This document shows positions 13,092 to 25,963 of a DNA stretch of 64,000 bases, piece after piece. Every line of letters begins with the position of its first letter. Positions within the stretch are counted from its first letter, which is position 1. This stretch comes from Bigelowiella natans CCMP2755 (taxonomy: Eukaryota; Protista; Cercozoa). The position numbers and the translations under genes are program-made. The stretch lies in the NCBI GenBank assembly GCA_000320545.1, contig ADNK01001816.1, positions 1 to 64,000 of the forward strand. Reading direction: 5' to 3'. The notes beneath the pieces were generated by a model that had not been told where the DNA came from, searched no databases, and saw only the letters and a list, made by a program, of their open reading frames with translations.

Positions 13092-14700
13092 AATATATAT
13101 AATATTTGTGTGTGTGTGCGTGCGTGTGTGAATTGTAGCATAGAATGGTATTCCTACTACAACTCTACTGTCTCATTACGATGATGTATTTCTCCTTCTA
13201 TCTTCGCAGTCGACATGCGTGGATTCTTGGCATAGAAGAGTGTCGCAGCCGGAGGTGTAAAAGCCCACTTGTGGAGATTAGTCATGTAGTACTCGGCGCC
13301 GATGCTAGGAACATCCAGCTCAGGAATGACCTTTCCAACAAAATGAAAATTGGACTCAGTGATCGTGCAACATCTCGACAATTATAAAACGAGATTCGAT
13401 AGGAAGGGAACGCGATGACGATGGCTTGATTTGTTTGCTGATACTGTTATACGCACCCCTAGCGCATGTGCTCCGTCAACAGCAATCTCCTCAATGCCAG
13501 CCTCTTCTCTGCACATTTGCACAATTTCCTTCACAGGCACTAATATCGACGGTTGGGACGTGATATGATCAATGTAAGCGAAGCGAAGCTTTTCTGGGTT
13601 CTGTCGTATCGTCGTTTTGACCCCATCAATGATCTCCTCGGATGAGCGGAGGGGGAAAGGTACATCCGCGATTATCACTTCGCCTCCTGCCCTCTCGCAG
13701 TACTCTTTGATGCAAAAGTTGCAAGCCTTATAGCTAGAACTTAACATAAGAATCCCGTTTCTGTTGACCCCGCTGCTTGGGCGAGTAGCTTTCGACAATC
13801 ATTAGAATGCAGTGATACTAGTGAGCGTGATTTCAAATGCAATAATGAATATGGAAGTGCTTAATATTTTCCATGCATACATTATATTTTCCTATTTTGC
13901 TAGATTCGTTCCCAACGAGATTGGTCCAAATTTTTGCGCACAATCCTTTTTCAATTTGCGAGCGTTACTTACTCGGATGATTTGCAAGCAAATATCCCCA
14001 GTGTTTTGCCACAATAGCAGTTGCAACAGAGAGGTTCTCAACCAGACAAACGTCATCTTCACTTGCTAAAGTTGGGTTATGAGGGAATACGATATGGGGA
14101 TGATTGGCGGTTATATTGACGACCACAACATGAAACTAAGAGGGGAATTGGATACTGAATAGACAGATTTGTGTGCGTGCAATAGGATTCTGATCGACTA
14201 GCATTTGCCATCATCTACCGTAGCACAAGTATCATTGTGATCATAAATTGCGACATTAATTGTCCATTTCGCCTCCCCCCGATCATACCTCTGACAGCAG
14301 CGGATGCAGCTTTTCCCGCCGCCAATAGGCCTTCTCGTAAGTTTCCTCCATAGTACCACTCATCTGGCTGGGCCATGTACAGTTTCCTATGAATCATTCC
14401 TTATCAGAAGAACATCATCCATCTTTTTAAAAGTGCAGACCGAATATCCTCTTGTGCGCGTAACACGGGCTCAGGACAAGCGCCAAAACTTCCATGATTT
14501 AGCCGAGCCACGCCGGCCTTGTGGTGAGCAAAGTCTTTCATCCTATCGACTGGCACATGCTTCGGAGAGGCGCTGTAGTGTCTGTCTCTAGCATTCTCCA
14601 GGAGCTGGTAGTGTAGATTGCCATGCCGATAACTGTGTTTTCGTCCTACGAAGCTCGAAATCTGTGAACAGTGCTCAGAGAGAGCTAGTGTTCTTCGCAT
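12170..14700 (-). CDS. Class V PLP-dependent enzyme (isopenicillin N epimerase / L-cysteine desulfhydrase / hercynylcysteine sulfoxide lyase Egt2-like), multi-exon
   Basis: Motifs RLNHGSFGACPEPV, YIDHITSQPS, VDGAHALG, NLHKW (PLP lysine), WAGTRDY and FVRLSHAVYN lie in successive minus-strand exons. The exact substrate cannot be determined from sequence. Confidence 0.88.
13056..13130. repeat. Intronic (TG)n/(TA)n microsatellite
   Basis: Directly visible dinucleotide runs. Confidence 0.9.
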
Positions 14701-15068
14701 GATTGGGGCCAGGATCCGGTAGGAGTTGTTCCCGTGAATCTACCACGTCAACCCACGGCAGACGACGAGGCGAAGCAGCAGGTTGCTCGCTGTGTCCGAT
14801 CTGGTTGTCAGTGTCGTCTGATTGCCAATGTTAGGTAAGACCTCCATAATTACATCCTTGCCCCCCCATCCCGGTATTGGCCACGACCAAACGGAAAATG
14901 TAGGTCTAAACTACCCTGCGACAACCGTATACTCCCGCATATCTGTCATTATAGTCGTATCCTTCTCCACAGTAGCAGTAACGAGGAGACACAAGGAGGA
15001 GCGTGCTTTTATGATGGGTTTTGAAGCATGATTTCCTTTATTTTTCTCGCAGCGACAAGGTTTTTAGC

Positions 15069-15645
15069 ATGTCTCTCCGTAGGAAAGGAAGGGGGAATAT
15101 CGTTGTTGAATCTACTACCATCTTTGCGTCGTCTTCACGAGCAAACAATTCGAATGAGATGAGTTCTGCAAATGGGCTCCAAGATGATGGATATGTGTCT
15201 TCGGTCAGCATGATTATGAACATATTAGGTGCCTAGATCATATTTTTGGGTTGCTTTGTGTACAGGTTCCTTTGAACTTCGCTAATTGGCTTGACTTCTG
15301 GCGATGGAATACATGCAGCACTGTTTCAACTCAGCGAGAAGTTTCTGTCAGCCCCAGTGAAGAAAAAAATGTAAAATACGCAAACTTAAAATCTATGAAG
15401 GGAGCTTGCTTCTGTAGTTGATGCCAAATTCTGATAACTTTTATGTAGATTCTGTGCCGGTCTATGCATGATGAGTTCTAACTTTTGATCTTCACTCTGA
15501 AACCTATTCCACAAATATTACTACTACTTAAAAGCTATTGGATACTTTATGTAGATAAAAGAAGAACCGGATGACTTAATTGTTATACAATTGAAGTTCA
15601 ACGGAATTGAAGATCACGGCTTCCAAGTGTACTCTTAAATCACTA

Positions 15646-15725
<80 letters not shown>

Positions 15726-18700
15726 TGCGTGCCTATGGATCGCACCAACTAACAACTCACACCGACTTATATTTCTCTCAGGAATGATGAACTTTTAGTG
15801 ACTAAAACAAAAAATGATTCTGTGGGTCTCTGGTGGAGAGTCACAAAGTTCAATTCGAACAGGGTATTACTAATAAATGATTAAAAGTATCATCCTATTA
15901 TATTTAGTACAGAACTTCATAGTGAGGTGCTTATCCCTCTATGGAAACAGGTTGAGAACTCCTCAGATCTGTTCCTTGAAATGAGTCTCGCTAAAGCTCA
16001 TAGAAGAAAACACACTATCACATTCATCACCCAAGTTTGACCCACCAAAATAAAAAATAGAAATATAAGGAAAAGGGAGAGAGAGAAAGATGAAATATTT
16101 TAGGTAGACAATGTAAGATTGGGGAAGTTAGAATAGAATATGTACAATTTGGATTCCGGTTTGTCACATTTGCATCCTATGAAAGGAGATACTTCTTGAT
16201 GCCGAGCTCCCCTACTTGTACGGGTTGAAGAGTATAAAAGTGAAAGTTTCATTGGATGACTCAGTGAGAGATATCGCGATTGTATGTTTGTCAATCTGAA
16301 GAAGTTATAAATATTAATTAACAGTTATTTATTGTAGAACATTGAAAAACGGTATAGGCTTTCTGCAGATTACTTAATCGTGTACATCAATGGCGTCGAA
16401 CGCAGTAAAACAGAAAAGTTGAAATATATTCTCAAAGAGCGTGGTCGCCTTCTACTGAGTAATCAGGATCTGAGTATGCTGATACAGAATCTCAGAGTGC
16501 TGATAGACTGCAGACCTTTACTTGTAAGCGAAATTCCAAGAACATATGTAGATACTGAAAAGCACATGGCATACCCTCTTCATACTCAGACGCTTCCCAT
16601 GGATATCTTAGCAGAGGGAATTGATATAGTTTCAGCTCCTGGCGAATTGCCTTATATACGAGAATACAACAGGAGAAATGCCTGTGTAGATAACAAATAT
16701 GGTGTTAATAACATCCCTCTCCACGTGTGGAGAAGAATCACAGGTTCCCAGGCACGAGGAATCGAAATTTATAACACACAATCCAGGGAACAAGAGCCTA
16801 AAACCAATACATCCATCTGTGATGAGAAGGTCATTTGTATCATCGTTTAAAGTGTGAATCAGAAGAGAGATCGACATTGAAAACTCAGGGGCATTCAAAC
16901 ATTAAAGGGAATTCTCCTATACGGACGTTGATCTACACTGGGGTAACATAACTTGACAACATTTTCTTTAGATTACCATCATATTTAGTTTCATTATGAG
17001 AAAAGGGTTTTAATCTAGGTTCGCTCACGTGCGCTAATCTGGCAAGCATGGTTAAGACCGATTACTTCCTTCCATATTTATCAGTTCAAATCCACAACAT
17101 ACGCAAATACTATTTTGCAGGTGGGACTGGCTTTTCAGCCACATATCTTCCAATTCTCATCAAGTTTCTGAGGAGAAACGTCTGAAAGCTCAACACTAGA
17201 TGATATCTGATTAAAGATAAGAATAGTGTATGTTAATATTTCCATAGGATCAGAAAATTCTAGACTGCCAGAGGTTGCGGTTGAGAACGTCAAAAAAACG
17301 TTAACTCAAAAATTTTGGTGGGAGGTATTTCGAAGAATAAAGTCTTAACACTATAATTGTACCCAATGCACATTTTTCTGGTCAACATGTTAGATTTATC
17401 AAAATGATCAACTGTCACTCCAACCGATGACTATTCTGAAGGTGGACCTTTTACGGATGTGGGATAAATGTTAAAAATCGATACCTACAGGATAAATTAT
17501 TGGAGTTTGAATCAGGACTACATGATGTGCTGTTTGTCAAGATTAAGGTAACGCATACTTGATGGATTACATTCAGAATTTTCATGATACCATCCGCTAT
17601 CCGCACTTTGTCTCACAGGGACGAGAAAACCTGCAAGCAACGTTCGAACGTTTGCGAGATATGAAAAGTTCATTAGCATTATCTTGGTGGTAGGTGGTAA
17701 ATAATCTGTGCAGAATATATTTTGCCCTTTGACTGACATATATCAATCCTCGAAAGGTTCATTTTTTGGATGGATCTCAGATACCGATATGGATCCAAGG
17801 CTCCTGATCCACTCTTACCGAACTCTCGAGTGCGAAATTCTGTTCCTGTCGAAGAAATTAAAAAGGTTTTTTGCTGATTATGATTTTGAGTTCTTTGAAA
17901 CTCTTCGATCACAGCTTGGACTTTGCATTCAATGATTCAATGATTATGAATGGGTTTCAGCTTCTTCAGCCAATCAATGAAATTAGGCGAGACTATCTCA
18001 AAAGGAATAAAGATCATGTAAAAACGGGAAAAGGTATCTTCAGGCGTATATACCAAAGCTCGTGTTAATGAAAGATGAAGTTATCCCTCAATCTACAATT
18101 TTGTTTCAGCAATCTCTAGCGACGTAATACAGAAATCCCATCCAGAAAACCCCAGTAGCCTACTGCCTGATTATGCAACAGACAGTCCTATTGACATTCA
18201 GGCACAGAAAGTAATTGCATTTATTGTTGGAAAGAATTAACCATTTTACCGTTACTATCCATCTAGGTGATCGAAGAGTTTCAAAGACTTCAAAATTATG
18301 ATCAGATCCGACGATTTTGGATGCATCATTCGTTTAACTTAGAAGAAGTGGTATTTGAAAGTAGAGTTCCATGCCCTATGGAAAAACGAACCAAAAGTCG
18401 TAGGGCATCCTCATATGCAGTCCCTGCACGATTGCAACATATGGTAAAAGTGTGCGATATGATTTTCCAATAAATTAAAGATATTGAGTTCAATATAGGT
18501 TCAACGTGCCAGGAAGAAGATGCGAGAGGAGAAAAGGTCTGCACATAAGGCTATGAAAGAAATGGACAAGTTGCCAGAAGAGGTGCTAAACACATTTTTT
18601 CTTCAAGATTTTATTCGTTTATTGTAATGTTTGTGTTCTGAAAACTACTTAGATCCAGAACACTATGAAACTTATAACTTCGCTTTGCGTATGTCCCAAA

Positions 18701-19626
18701 TAGTTTTTGGCATAATTCATTTTGACGTTATTCAAATTTTTTTAACAGCGAAACACACCTCGTTCTGTCTTGAAAAAAATTGAGAGGAAATTTCGAGACC
18801 AAGAGAAGAATACTAGTTTATCGGCGAAGAAATGCTTGGGAACTTCGAAGTCAGGACGCAGTTCCTTGACAAGAGAGCAAGATGATGGCAACAGAGACTC
18901 CTTGGATTGTGATTCAGATTCCGAATGGGTAGTGGCTTGCAACCAATATCCGTGATCCGTGTTTATCTAGTTTATATGATAATTTCTAGGTGGATAAAAA
19001 GGTAAGTTTTTTGGAAGATGAGGCGTCTACTGAGGACAGTGACGATCAGGAAATCAAGAATTCATAGTCATATGGTTCATATCATTTTGTAAAGAATCAT
19101 TTTGACAACTGTTAAACAGGCGGGTGCCCTTAAAGATAGGCATTCATTGAATAAAAGATACACGAAAGCAAAATTGTCGACAAGGAAAAGTAAAGATGTC
19201 CCTTGTGATCAGACAAAGAATGAAAACAATGATAATAGAATGGAACGGTCATATGAGGTAGCGCAGTATGTATTCATTGGTGGAATCTTGTCAAGTTCTA
19301 AAATTTAGGGAAATCAGATCGGTGACTTGGTGGAAGTATATTCTTCGACCCATAGGTCGTCATCAAAACCGGTCACAATCGGGATTGTTACATTTAATGA
19401 AATATTATGCAGAGAGTACCTTCCGGGGATGATAACTAAAGTCCTTGAAAGTGAAGGCAAGGTATGCATTTCTTTTGACCAGGAATATTTTGAAAAGAGA
19501 TTCATGTTGGGCACAGATTTGTGCTACGTACCTCCACTGTCCTGGCAGGAAGCACCTTCACGCAAAATCAGGAAAGATACGCCATCTAAAGAGATCAAAG
19601 ACAAATGCATTTGGAAAGTGTTCTAG
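15069..19626 (+). CDS. Multi-exon protein of unknown function with a possible ubiquitin-like domain (about 16190-16460) and a C-terminal Tudor/Agenet-like domain (about 19310-19500)
   Basis: Chain of short GT-AG introns and open exons. SIKVKVSLDDSVRDIAI|NIEKRYRLSADYLIVYINGVERSKTEKL resembles a beta-grasp pattern; IGDLVEVYS...YLPGMITKVLESEGKVCISFD resembles Tudor. Domain calls are by eye and not every exon was traced. Confidence 0.55.
15649..15724. repeat. Compound (CT)n(TG)n microsatellite
   Basis: Directly visible. Confidence 0.95.
17874..18305. repeat. 39-bp inverted repeat between intron segment 17874-17912 and exon start 18267-18305
   Basis: Reverse complement of 17874-17912 is gtgatcgaagagtttcaaagaactcaaaatcataatcag; 18267-18305 is gtgatcgaagagtttcaaagacttcaaaattatgatcag (35/39 identical). 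Confidence 0.9.
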
Positions 19627-19910
19627 TTTCCTTAAAGACGTCCTTGACTCTCGAGTTCCCGCAAAGGTTGTGGAAAGTATATTGGTGAATGAAAATGATG
19701 TTGCTCAAAGGGAGCTGTCCAAGTTCCAAAGGTTCACCATTCTCAAAACACAGGTTTTTTTTGTAATCAAACATTTGTTCATAACATCCAATGACTGCTC
19801 ACATTTTTTTTGTGGATGGTCCATCGTGTGGTTTTTCCGAATCATTCAGTCTCATTTTCCAGTTGTGAAGATTCTGCATCGCAAGTCTGAGAACAAAGAA
19901 TGACGTGGTA

Positions 19911-20680
19911 ACAAAGCAAAGTGTGCGCCTTTGTTCATTGCGAATGTCGCTTTCGACGTGCATGTGCAAGTTCACAACGATTCACATCGCATCTAGAGAT
20001 CCAGAGATTGCAGGCATCTAGGCATGCTAGCTTGTGAGCTGTTGGAAGCTGCAATCATCACATTCTGTTCTTTGATTCGCTTGCCGAGTCACTCGCTCGT
20101 GACACGATGTCTGGCACACACTGTTGCATTGTGAGCGATGATTGTCACGTGCATTGCACCAATTTGCACGTCCACGTTGCGCGATGCTGCGTTCGCAGCA
20201 GCACCCAGCAAAGAGGTTGGCTTTGGCAGAAGTGCACCCGAGTGGACGAACTTTTTTGCAAGCAGCAATTGGATCGACAGCAAGACAGCAAAAAGAAGCA
20301 CGTTGTGCAAGTGAACGTGACCGAACTTGGATTTGATGCATGCAGTCACCAAGTGCGAAAGGAAGAAAGGAAGAATTGTGTCCTCATTGGAACATCGCGG
20401 CTTTGTGTGACGACTGACGGCAAACGTCTTCGCGAGGTGTTTGTGGTGCAACCCCAGCTGTCTGGCTGTGCACCGCGACAAATTCACACCTCACTCAGTT
20501 CAAAAGAAACGGGAGACTTCAGTCTGAAACATGAGGCCTCCACTCCGGGAACTCAAACGTCGATTTCTTTGGAGCATTGTGGGCGGGTTTGGGGTTTTTC
20601 CTGAACATTGAACCGAGCGTTGATGCAAAAACGTGACCATTGATCTCACCAACACGTTCCGAATTTCAACCCAGAAATTT
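19911..20680. other. TpA-depleted intergenic tract B
   Basis: By-eye count: 3 TA in 770 nt, all in CTAG, and none from about 20030 to 20680. CpG abundant. Confidence 0.85.
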
Positions 20681-22602
20681 CTTAGATCGATCTCCGGGAA
20701 ATGTTCTTACAATCAACATTTCACAAAGATGTAAATCAACATTTGTGCCAATGATTTGTGTAGTTTTCGGCTGAAAATGTTTCCCAAATGAACGAATTTC
20801 TGGGAAAACGGTGGTCGGATGGTACTCGGAGTTTTTTACGAGTATGTGCTTGCGATGGCACTGATCTCATAAATGGCCTGCGATTTCATCAAAATATATT
20901 CATAACGTGAAGGCAATTTGAGACAAAATTGAGATCCAAAAGCACCAAAGAGGCCGGATGAATTACTTTGGGTACTCGTAGCTCATGTGATATTTTGATT
21001 GGGAAATAGTCTGTGTAGGAGCATGTCCATTGAGAAAATAATGAAAATGTTGAAAGAATTCACAATTTATAGCAGAAATCTCCTGTATTTCAAAATAAAA
21101 TCTCGTAGAGTGTGTGCAATGCAAATCTTAGGTGCTTCATTCGATACTTGCAAGCACAGGGCACAGGAAATTAACCTGTTTAAAACCGGGAAAGTGATCA
21201 TTATTGGAAAATAGAGGGAAAATAATAGAGAAGACATCAAAGTACATGAGTACGTATGCGCTGAAAATAGACATGAGGGCATCTATTCTTGAAGCAAACT
21301 CTCCGGTTTCAACCTCGTTTTAAACATGTTTCCAAAACTCCGTGCTCGACTTTTATCCCCATTTACGTAAAAATAAGTAATATAATAGTAAAATTTTATA
21401 CATGTTTGGGTTGCCCTGTACTTTCATTTATTACCTTAATTTTTATCATTTTTGAAATTTAATTCACCTCGTATACCATTATTATCCACAAATGGTCTCA
21501 TATTTATCACCTTTCGTTCTGAAAAATGTTTGTATCTCAACTTCTGATGACAGGTAAAATGGTAAATTTCGACTAAGTGCTGCGATGCTTCAATCTGAAA
21601 GAATTATGCATAGAAAGAGCTCCGCGTATTTTCTGGAGTACAAAACTTGATGTGAATCTGGTCGTTTTGCGATGGTTTGGAAGAATTGGCCTGCCTTTAC
21701 CGAATAAAACCCCCCCACGTTTCTCGCATTCGGTGCCCACATCATCTGGTAGTCGATCATATGAACTTTCAAGGAGAGAATTCAGAGAAAGAGGAAAGAG
21801 AATAGAACACTTTTCAAACACTTCTTCATTTGTTCCTCTATTTTACATTGACGTCAAAAATAATAGTCCATTATATATTAAAATAGGATACAACTCAATC
21901 CTGATCATTATATTCGGCTCTTAAATCATGTCTATTTTTGAAAGAGACATAATCTTTCAAGTATATCAGTAAAAATTCCCCACGAATTATCTGAGAAGAG
22001 AGACGCACAAGAGAGTTTGAAGAGACATCGGAGAGACACACTTTCGCAACCCCTCAGGACTCCATTACTCCAACGAGAAGCACAGGTCGGTCTACCCCCC
22101 CGTTTCTTCCCTGCTTGCCTATATGAGAAGCCTCACGATTCCTCATCAATGAATCGATTGTTATGGGACATATTCGTGCTTTTTCTCTGGGGAAATTTTG
22201 GTTTGGTGGATTTGGATTCTGGTCTGGGAACCAGTGAAAATTGGAGACCACGCAGCAGCAATTTGAAAGGAAATGTGTGATCGGAGGAACGAATGAAGGG
22301 AGGGATTTCTTCTCCTCCTGTCCCTCCTTAGATATTTTTTCTTGGAAACTGAAGAGGTCCTGCTATGGGCCGTTTTCTCAGAAGCATATCATGATGTCCA
22401 TCATGACAGTGCTCCTACTATGAGCAGTTCGTAGAGAACTTTTCTCTTTCTCCAATGTCTTTCAACTTTCAAACCTTAAAAGCTACAATTTGGGGGAATC
22501 AATCTCACTCGTCGATCTCCCTCATTTGCACAAAATAAGGAAGGTTTTCACATTTACTATCAACTTTAATCAGGTTTCCTCCGATAAAGCGAGGGTGGAA
22601 AA

Positions 22603-24129
22603 ATGCAAAGAATGGCTGCAGCTAGCATGCAAAGTCTCAAGTCTGAGAGTATAGCTCGGAAACAGCCTGGTGGTGAGAACAAAAATCCAGTTTCATATTC
22701 TGAGCCTCCCTCACCTGCTGGAGCCGGAAAATTAAAAAAAGGACGTTGTCCCAAGCTTTCCTTCCTTTACCAAGCGGCAGCAGGTACATACTTAAAGTGT
22801 ATCAAAGCTATGTTGAACAAATGTTGAAAGTTCCTTTTGGGCATTAGTAAAAGAAGATATGTTAATTAATTTTGAACAGCTGAAGGCGAAATCGGGGAAG
22901 ACAAGGCTCGTCTCGCATATGCGAATCCTCCACTGAACAATCCTCCAATGAACAATCCTCCAATAACGAGAAATAGCTACGAAAAGTCTCAAAATTACAT
23001 TCCAGATCCTGCTTTAAAAGAGACGGAGCCTCGTAGGGTGGGCTACTATCGTGGATCTCGCGCGCCCCCCATGTACCGCTCTTCCAGGGAACTTCAATCT
23101 GAATACGAACGGTACGATGATCACAGGAATGATAACCGAGTCGGATGGAACGACATGCGCCCTCCATTGGATCAAAAGATGTACATGCAGCACATGGATA
23201 AACAACGTCGCCATTCCAATTTTGACGAATATGGTTCGATACGGACCCCCTACCCCGTTCGGAGATACCGCGATCATGGCTATCCTGAGCCTCCTGAGAA
23301 TATCTATGTCATGCGCGGTGAGAATGGAATCCCAAAGTACGTGAGAAAACAACAACAACAACAACAACAGCAGCAGAAGCAGCAACAGCAACAACAACAA
23401 CAGCACTCACAGTATGCTACGCCGCGCTACTTTGATCAATCGATTGAAAAGAACATTCGCGCACCTATGCCGCCTTCGCGCAAACGGTGGCGTGAAGAGA
23501 ACCACAGCAGTTATGCTCTTCGTGAAGCAGCAGCAGCAGCAGCTCCAAGACAACAGCAAAGAGGGGGGGGCGGTGTTGGAGATAACCTGTCCTATTATGT
23601 CGACTTAGCAGAAGCCAATCTCTCCAATGCCAAAGAGCTCTCGGATATGGTTGAAGCAGCAGCAACGTTAGCTGCTACTGCCTCTCCTCCAAAGCGCATT
23701 AAGCGCGTCCCCTCACCTCCCCCACTTGCCGTTGTGGAAGACAACAAGGGGCCATCCTCCGATTTTAGAAGGTTGCCACTACCCACAGTCAAACCGAGGG
23801 GGGATACTACGAAAACATCCGCCGCCGGAGGGGGGGGGGCTGGAAGCAAGTCTTCGAAGGTGAAGAAACGTCCCGTCTGCAAAGAGTGTGGAAAGACATA
23901 CGCGACCACAGGAACTCTCAACAGGCATATGCGTATTCACCGCGATGAAAGACCCTACATGTGCAGTCAGTGCCATAGGAGCTTCCGCCAGCGGTCTCAC
24001 CTAATTGCGCACTTTGTCGTGCACAACAAGGAGAAAAACCATAAGTGTGAAGACTGCGGAAAGCACTTCGCTCAGAAGAGCTCTCTAGTTGGGCATAGGC
24101 GTACACAACACCCAAATCGGTTCTACTAC

Positions 24130-24161
<32 letters not shown>

Positions 24162-24219
24162 GCAGCAGTCTGTGAGGAACACCGGTACTACCAATAAGTA
24201 TCGTGTAGAGCCATCCTAG
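22603..24219 (+). CDS. C2H2 zinc-finger transcription factor (3 fingers, polyQ tracts); two coding exons 22603-22783 and 22880-24219
   Basis: CKECGKTYATTGTLNRHMRIH-RDERPY-MCSQCHRSFRQRSHLIAHFVVH-NKEKNH-KCEDCGKHFAQKSSLVGHRRTQH. A phase-1 GT-AG intron (22784-22879) joins ORF 22603 in frame to ORF 22948. Confidence 0.92.
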
Positions 24220-24250
24220 AGGAACACAACACTCTTAATGCTAACAATAC

Positions 24251-24288
<38 letters not shown>

Positions 24289-24567
24289 CCTCTTAGTTGT
24301 TGGCTGTAGTAGCGAAAAACCAAGCAAGTTGCGTATAGCCCTTCTTTCCTCCTCCTCCTTGAGTGTGTGCTGTCGTGTACTAAAAATACATTGGCGACGA
24401 CGAAGCATAGTGATCTTTCCAAAGAGATCGATGGTGAAAAGGGTGAAGAGAAAAGTCATGCGTCATCATCATTCCTTGGTGCGTAGATGAAAACGTACTG
24501 TTATCGACTCCTCAGTGGTCTCGATATAGACGAGTAGCAAGTAGCGGTTTTTGCTTATGAGATGATG

Positions 24568-24603
<36 letters not shown>

Positions 24604-25963
24604 TTATATTAAAAGATATCCATGTTAAATATAGTGAGGGAGAGGAGGGAGAGAACACATCTCTCTAGGCACTCAAGGACATGAAAGACTTAGAACAAGA
24701 GAATCTTTTTCTCTTTGGTTGTTTTACCTTTAGCGTGTAAATAATGTAGAAAAGTGGTAATGACAAATACACACGTCGTTGCACAGCAACTTATCAAAAT
24801 ATTTATTAGTTGTTCTTTATTCACCATCTTAATTGCAGTACATTGCAAGATCTAGTGTTTAGTATTTAACAGAATCCCCCAATTTGGCGAGTGTCTGTTT
24901 TAAAAAAAAAAACGAGAATTACTCTCTCGATAGCCTGAATAAAAGCATGCAGTTTGATCGATGAACGGGTGCGTATGCGTCCTCGTATCACAGACTACTT
25001 ATGCAATCCCCTGATTACCCAGTAGATACCAAAAGATGCATAGATTTCACAGTTCAAAAAAGAATGTGGATTCCTCCTTTCAGCTTGCCATTGTGTACGA
25101 ACTATCAAGGCGTGTAATTTTGGACGCCCTCATAGTTTTGCGTAATGTATTGTGCAGACTGACTGTGGATGTAAATCATAGTCGATGCATGAACAAATGG
25201 GATATTTAATCGTAGTAATACACAAATTTCCAATCGCAAACTGAAACTGCTGCTTTCAACATTTATACTTGTCCGAGCCGTAATAGTCTAGATAGTACAT
25301 ATACGTATATGTGCTATTGCCCATCGTGATATGTGAGCACGGGTGCTTGTGTTCCATCCATCACACCAACTTTGAGAATGCATCAGTTCAATTGACGATG
25401 CTCAATTCCTGCTGCATAGCATATGCGAAAGACAATAGACATACGTATAGAGCGTACATCATTGCTGTCACGCTACGTACAGGAACTAGAAAAGTAGGAA
25501 AGCTACACATATATAGCGGGGGATATGCAGAGCCAGAAACAATCGCATTCATGCATGAAACTATGCTACCTAGCTACCGCTATGTGCACCGCACGCATGT
25601 GACTGAGCACATCTACAATGGACATACGTATGAGACGGATGTAATATACGTATATATCATATATTATATACACTGTGTCTATAGTATCTTGTGGTCTTAG
25701 AGAAGTAACGTACGTGCACGGTACCTTTACGTATGCCGTACACGGACCTCTGCTGTGCTAGCTCCTACATACATACTAACGTACCATGCTAGCATGCCTG
25801 CACTGTGCAGCTAGCTTATGAGGCAGATTGATGACATAAATGATAGTTGACGTATGACAAGATATGTGCATGAGCGCATGCGATCGAATGCTAGTATGGC
25901 ATTAGCCTACTGCATGCAGCGATTCTGAATGAAGCACAACTTTTGGATTGGAAACATCATTCA

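Noticed and set aside
15021-15236. Amino-acid-transporter N-terminus (SSVSMIMNILG)
   Set aside because: The motif falls after a likely donor near 15204; splicing to 15266 continues an unrelated open frame and no further transporter helices follow.
4420-20400. Tracts A and B as copies of one repeat family
   Set aside because: Only short matches (gtgga.ga, agcaatt) were seen, attributable to shared composition; no alignable block by eye.
20670-20805. cccagaaatt / aatttctggg inverted pair as MITE ends
   Set aside because: Only about 10 bp, with no extension and no TSD.
23014-23406. Poly-Leu, poly-Ile, YIYI and CVCV ORFs here and throughout 26-64 kb
   Set aside because: They are antisense or intronic translations of microsatellites and polyQ codons.
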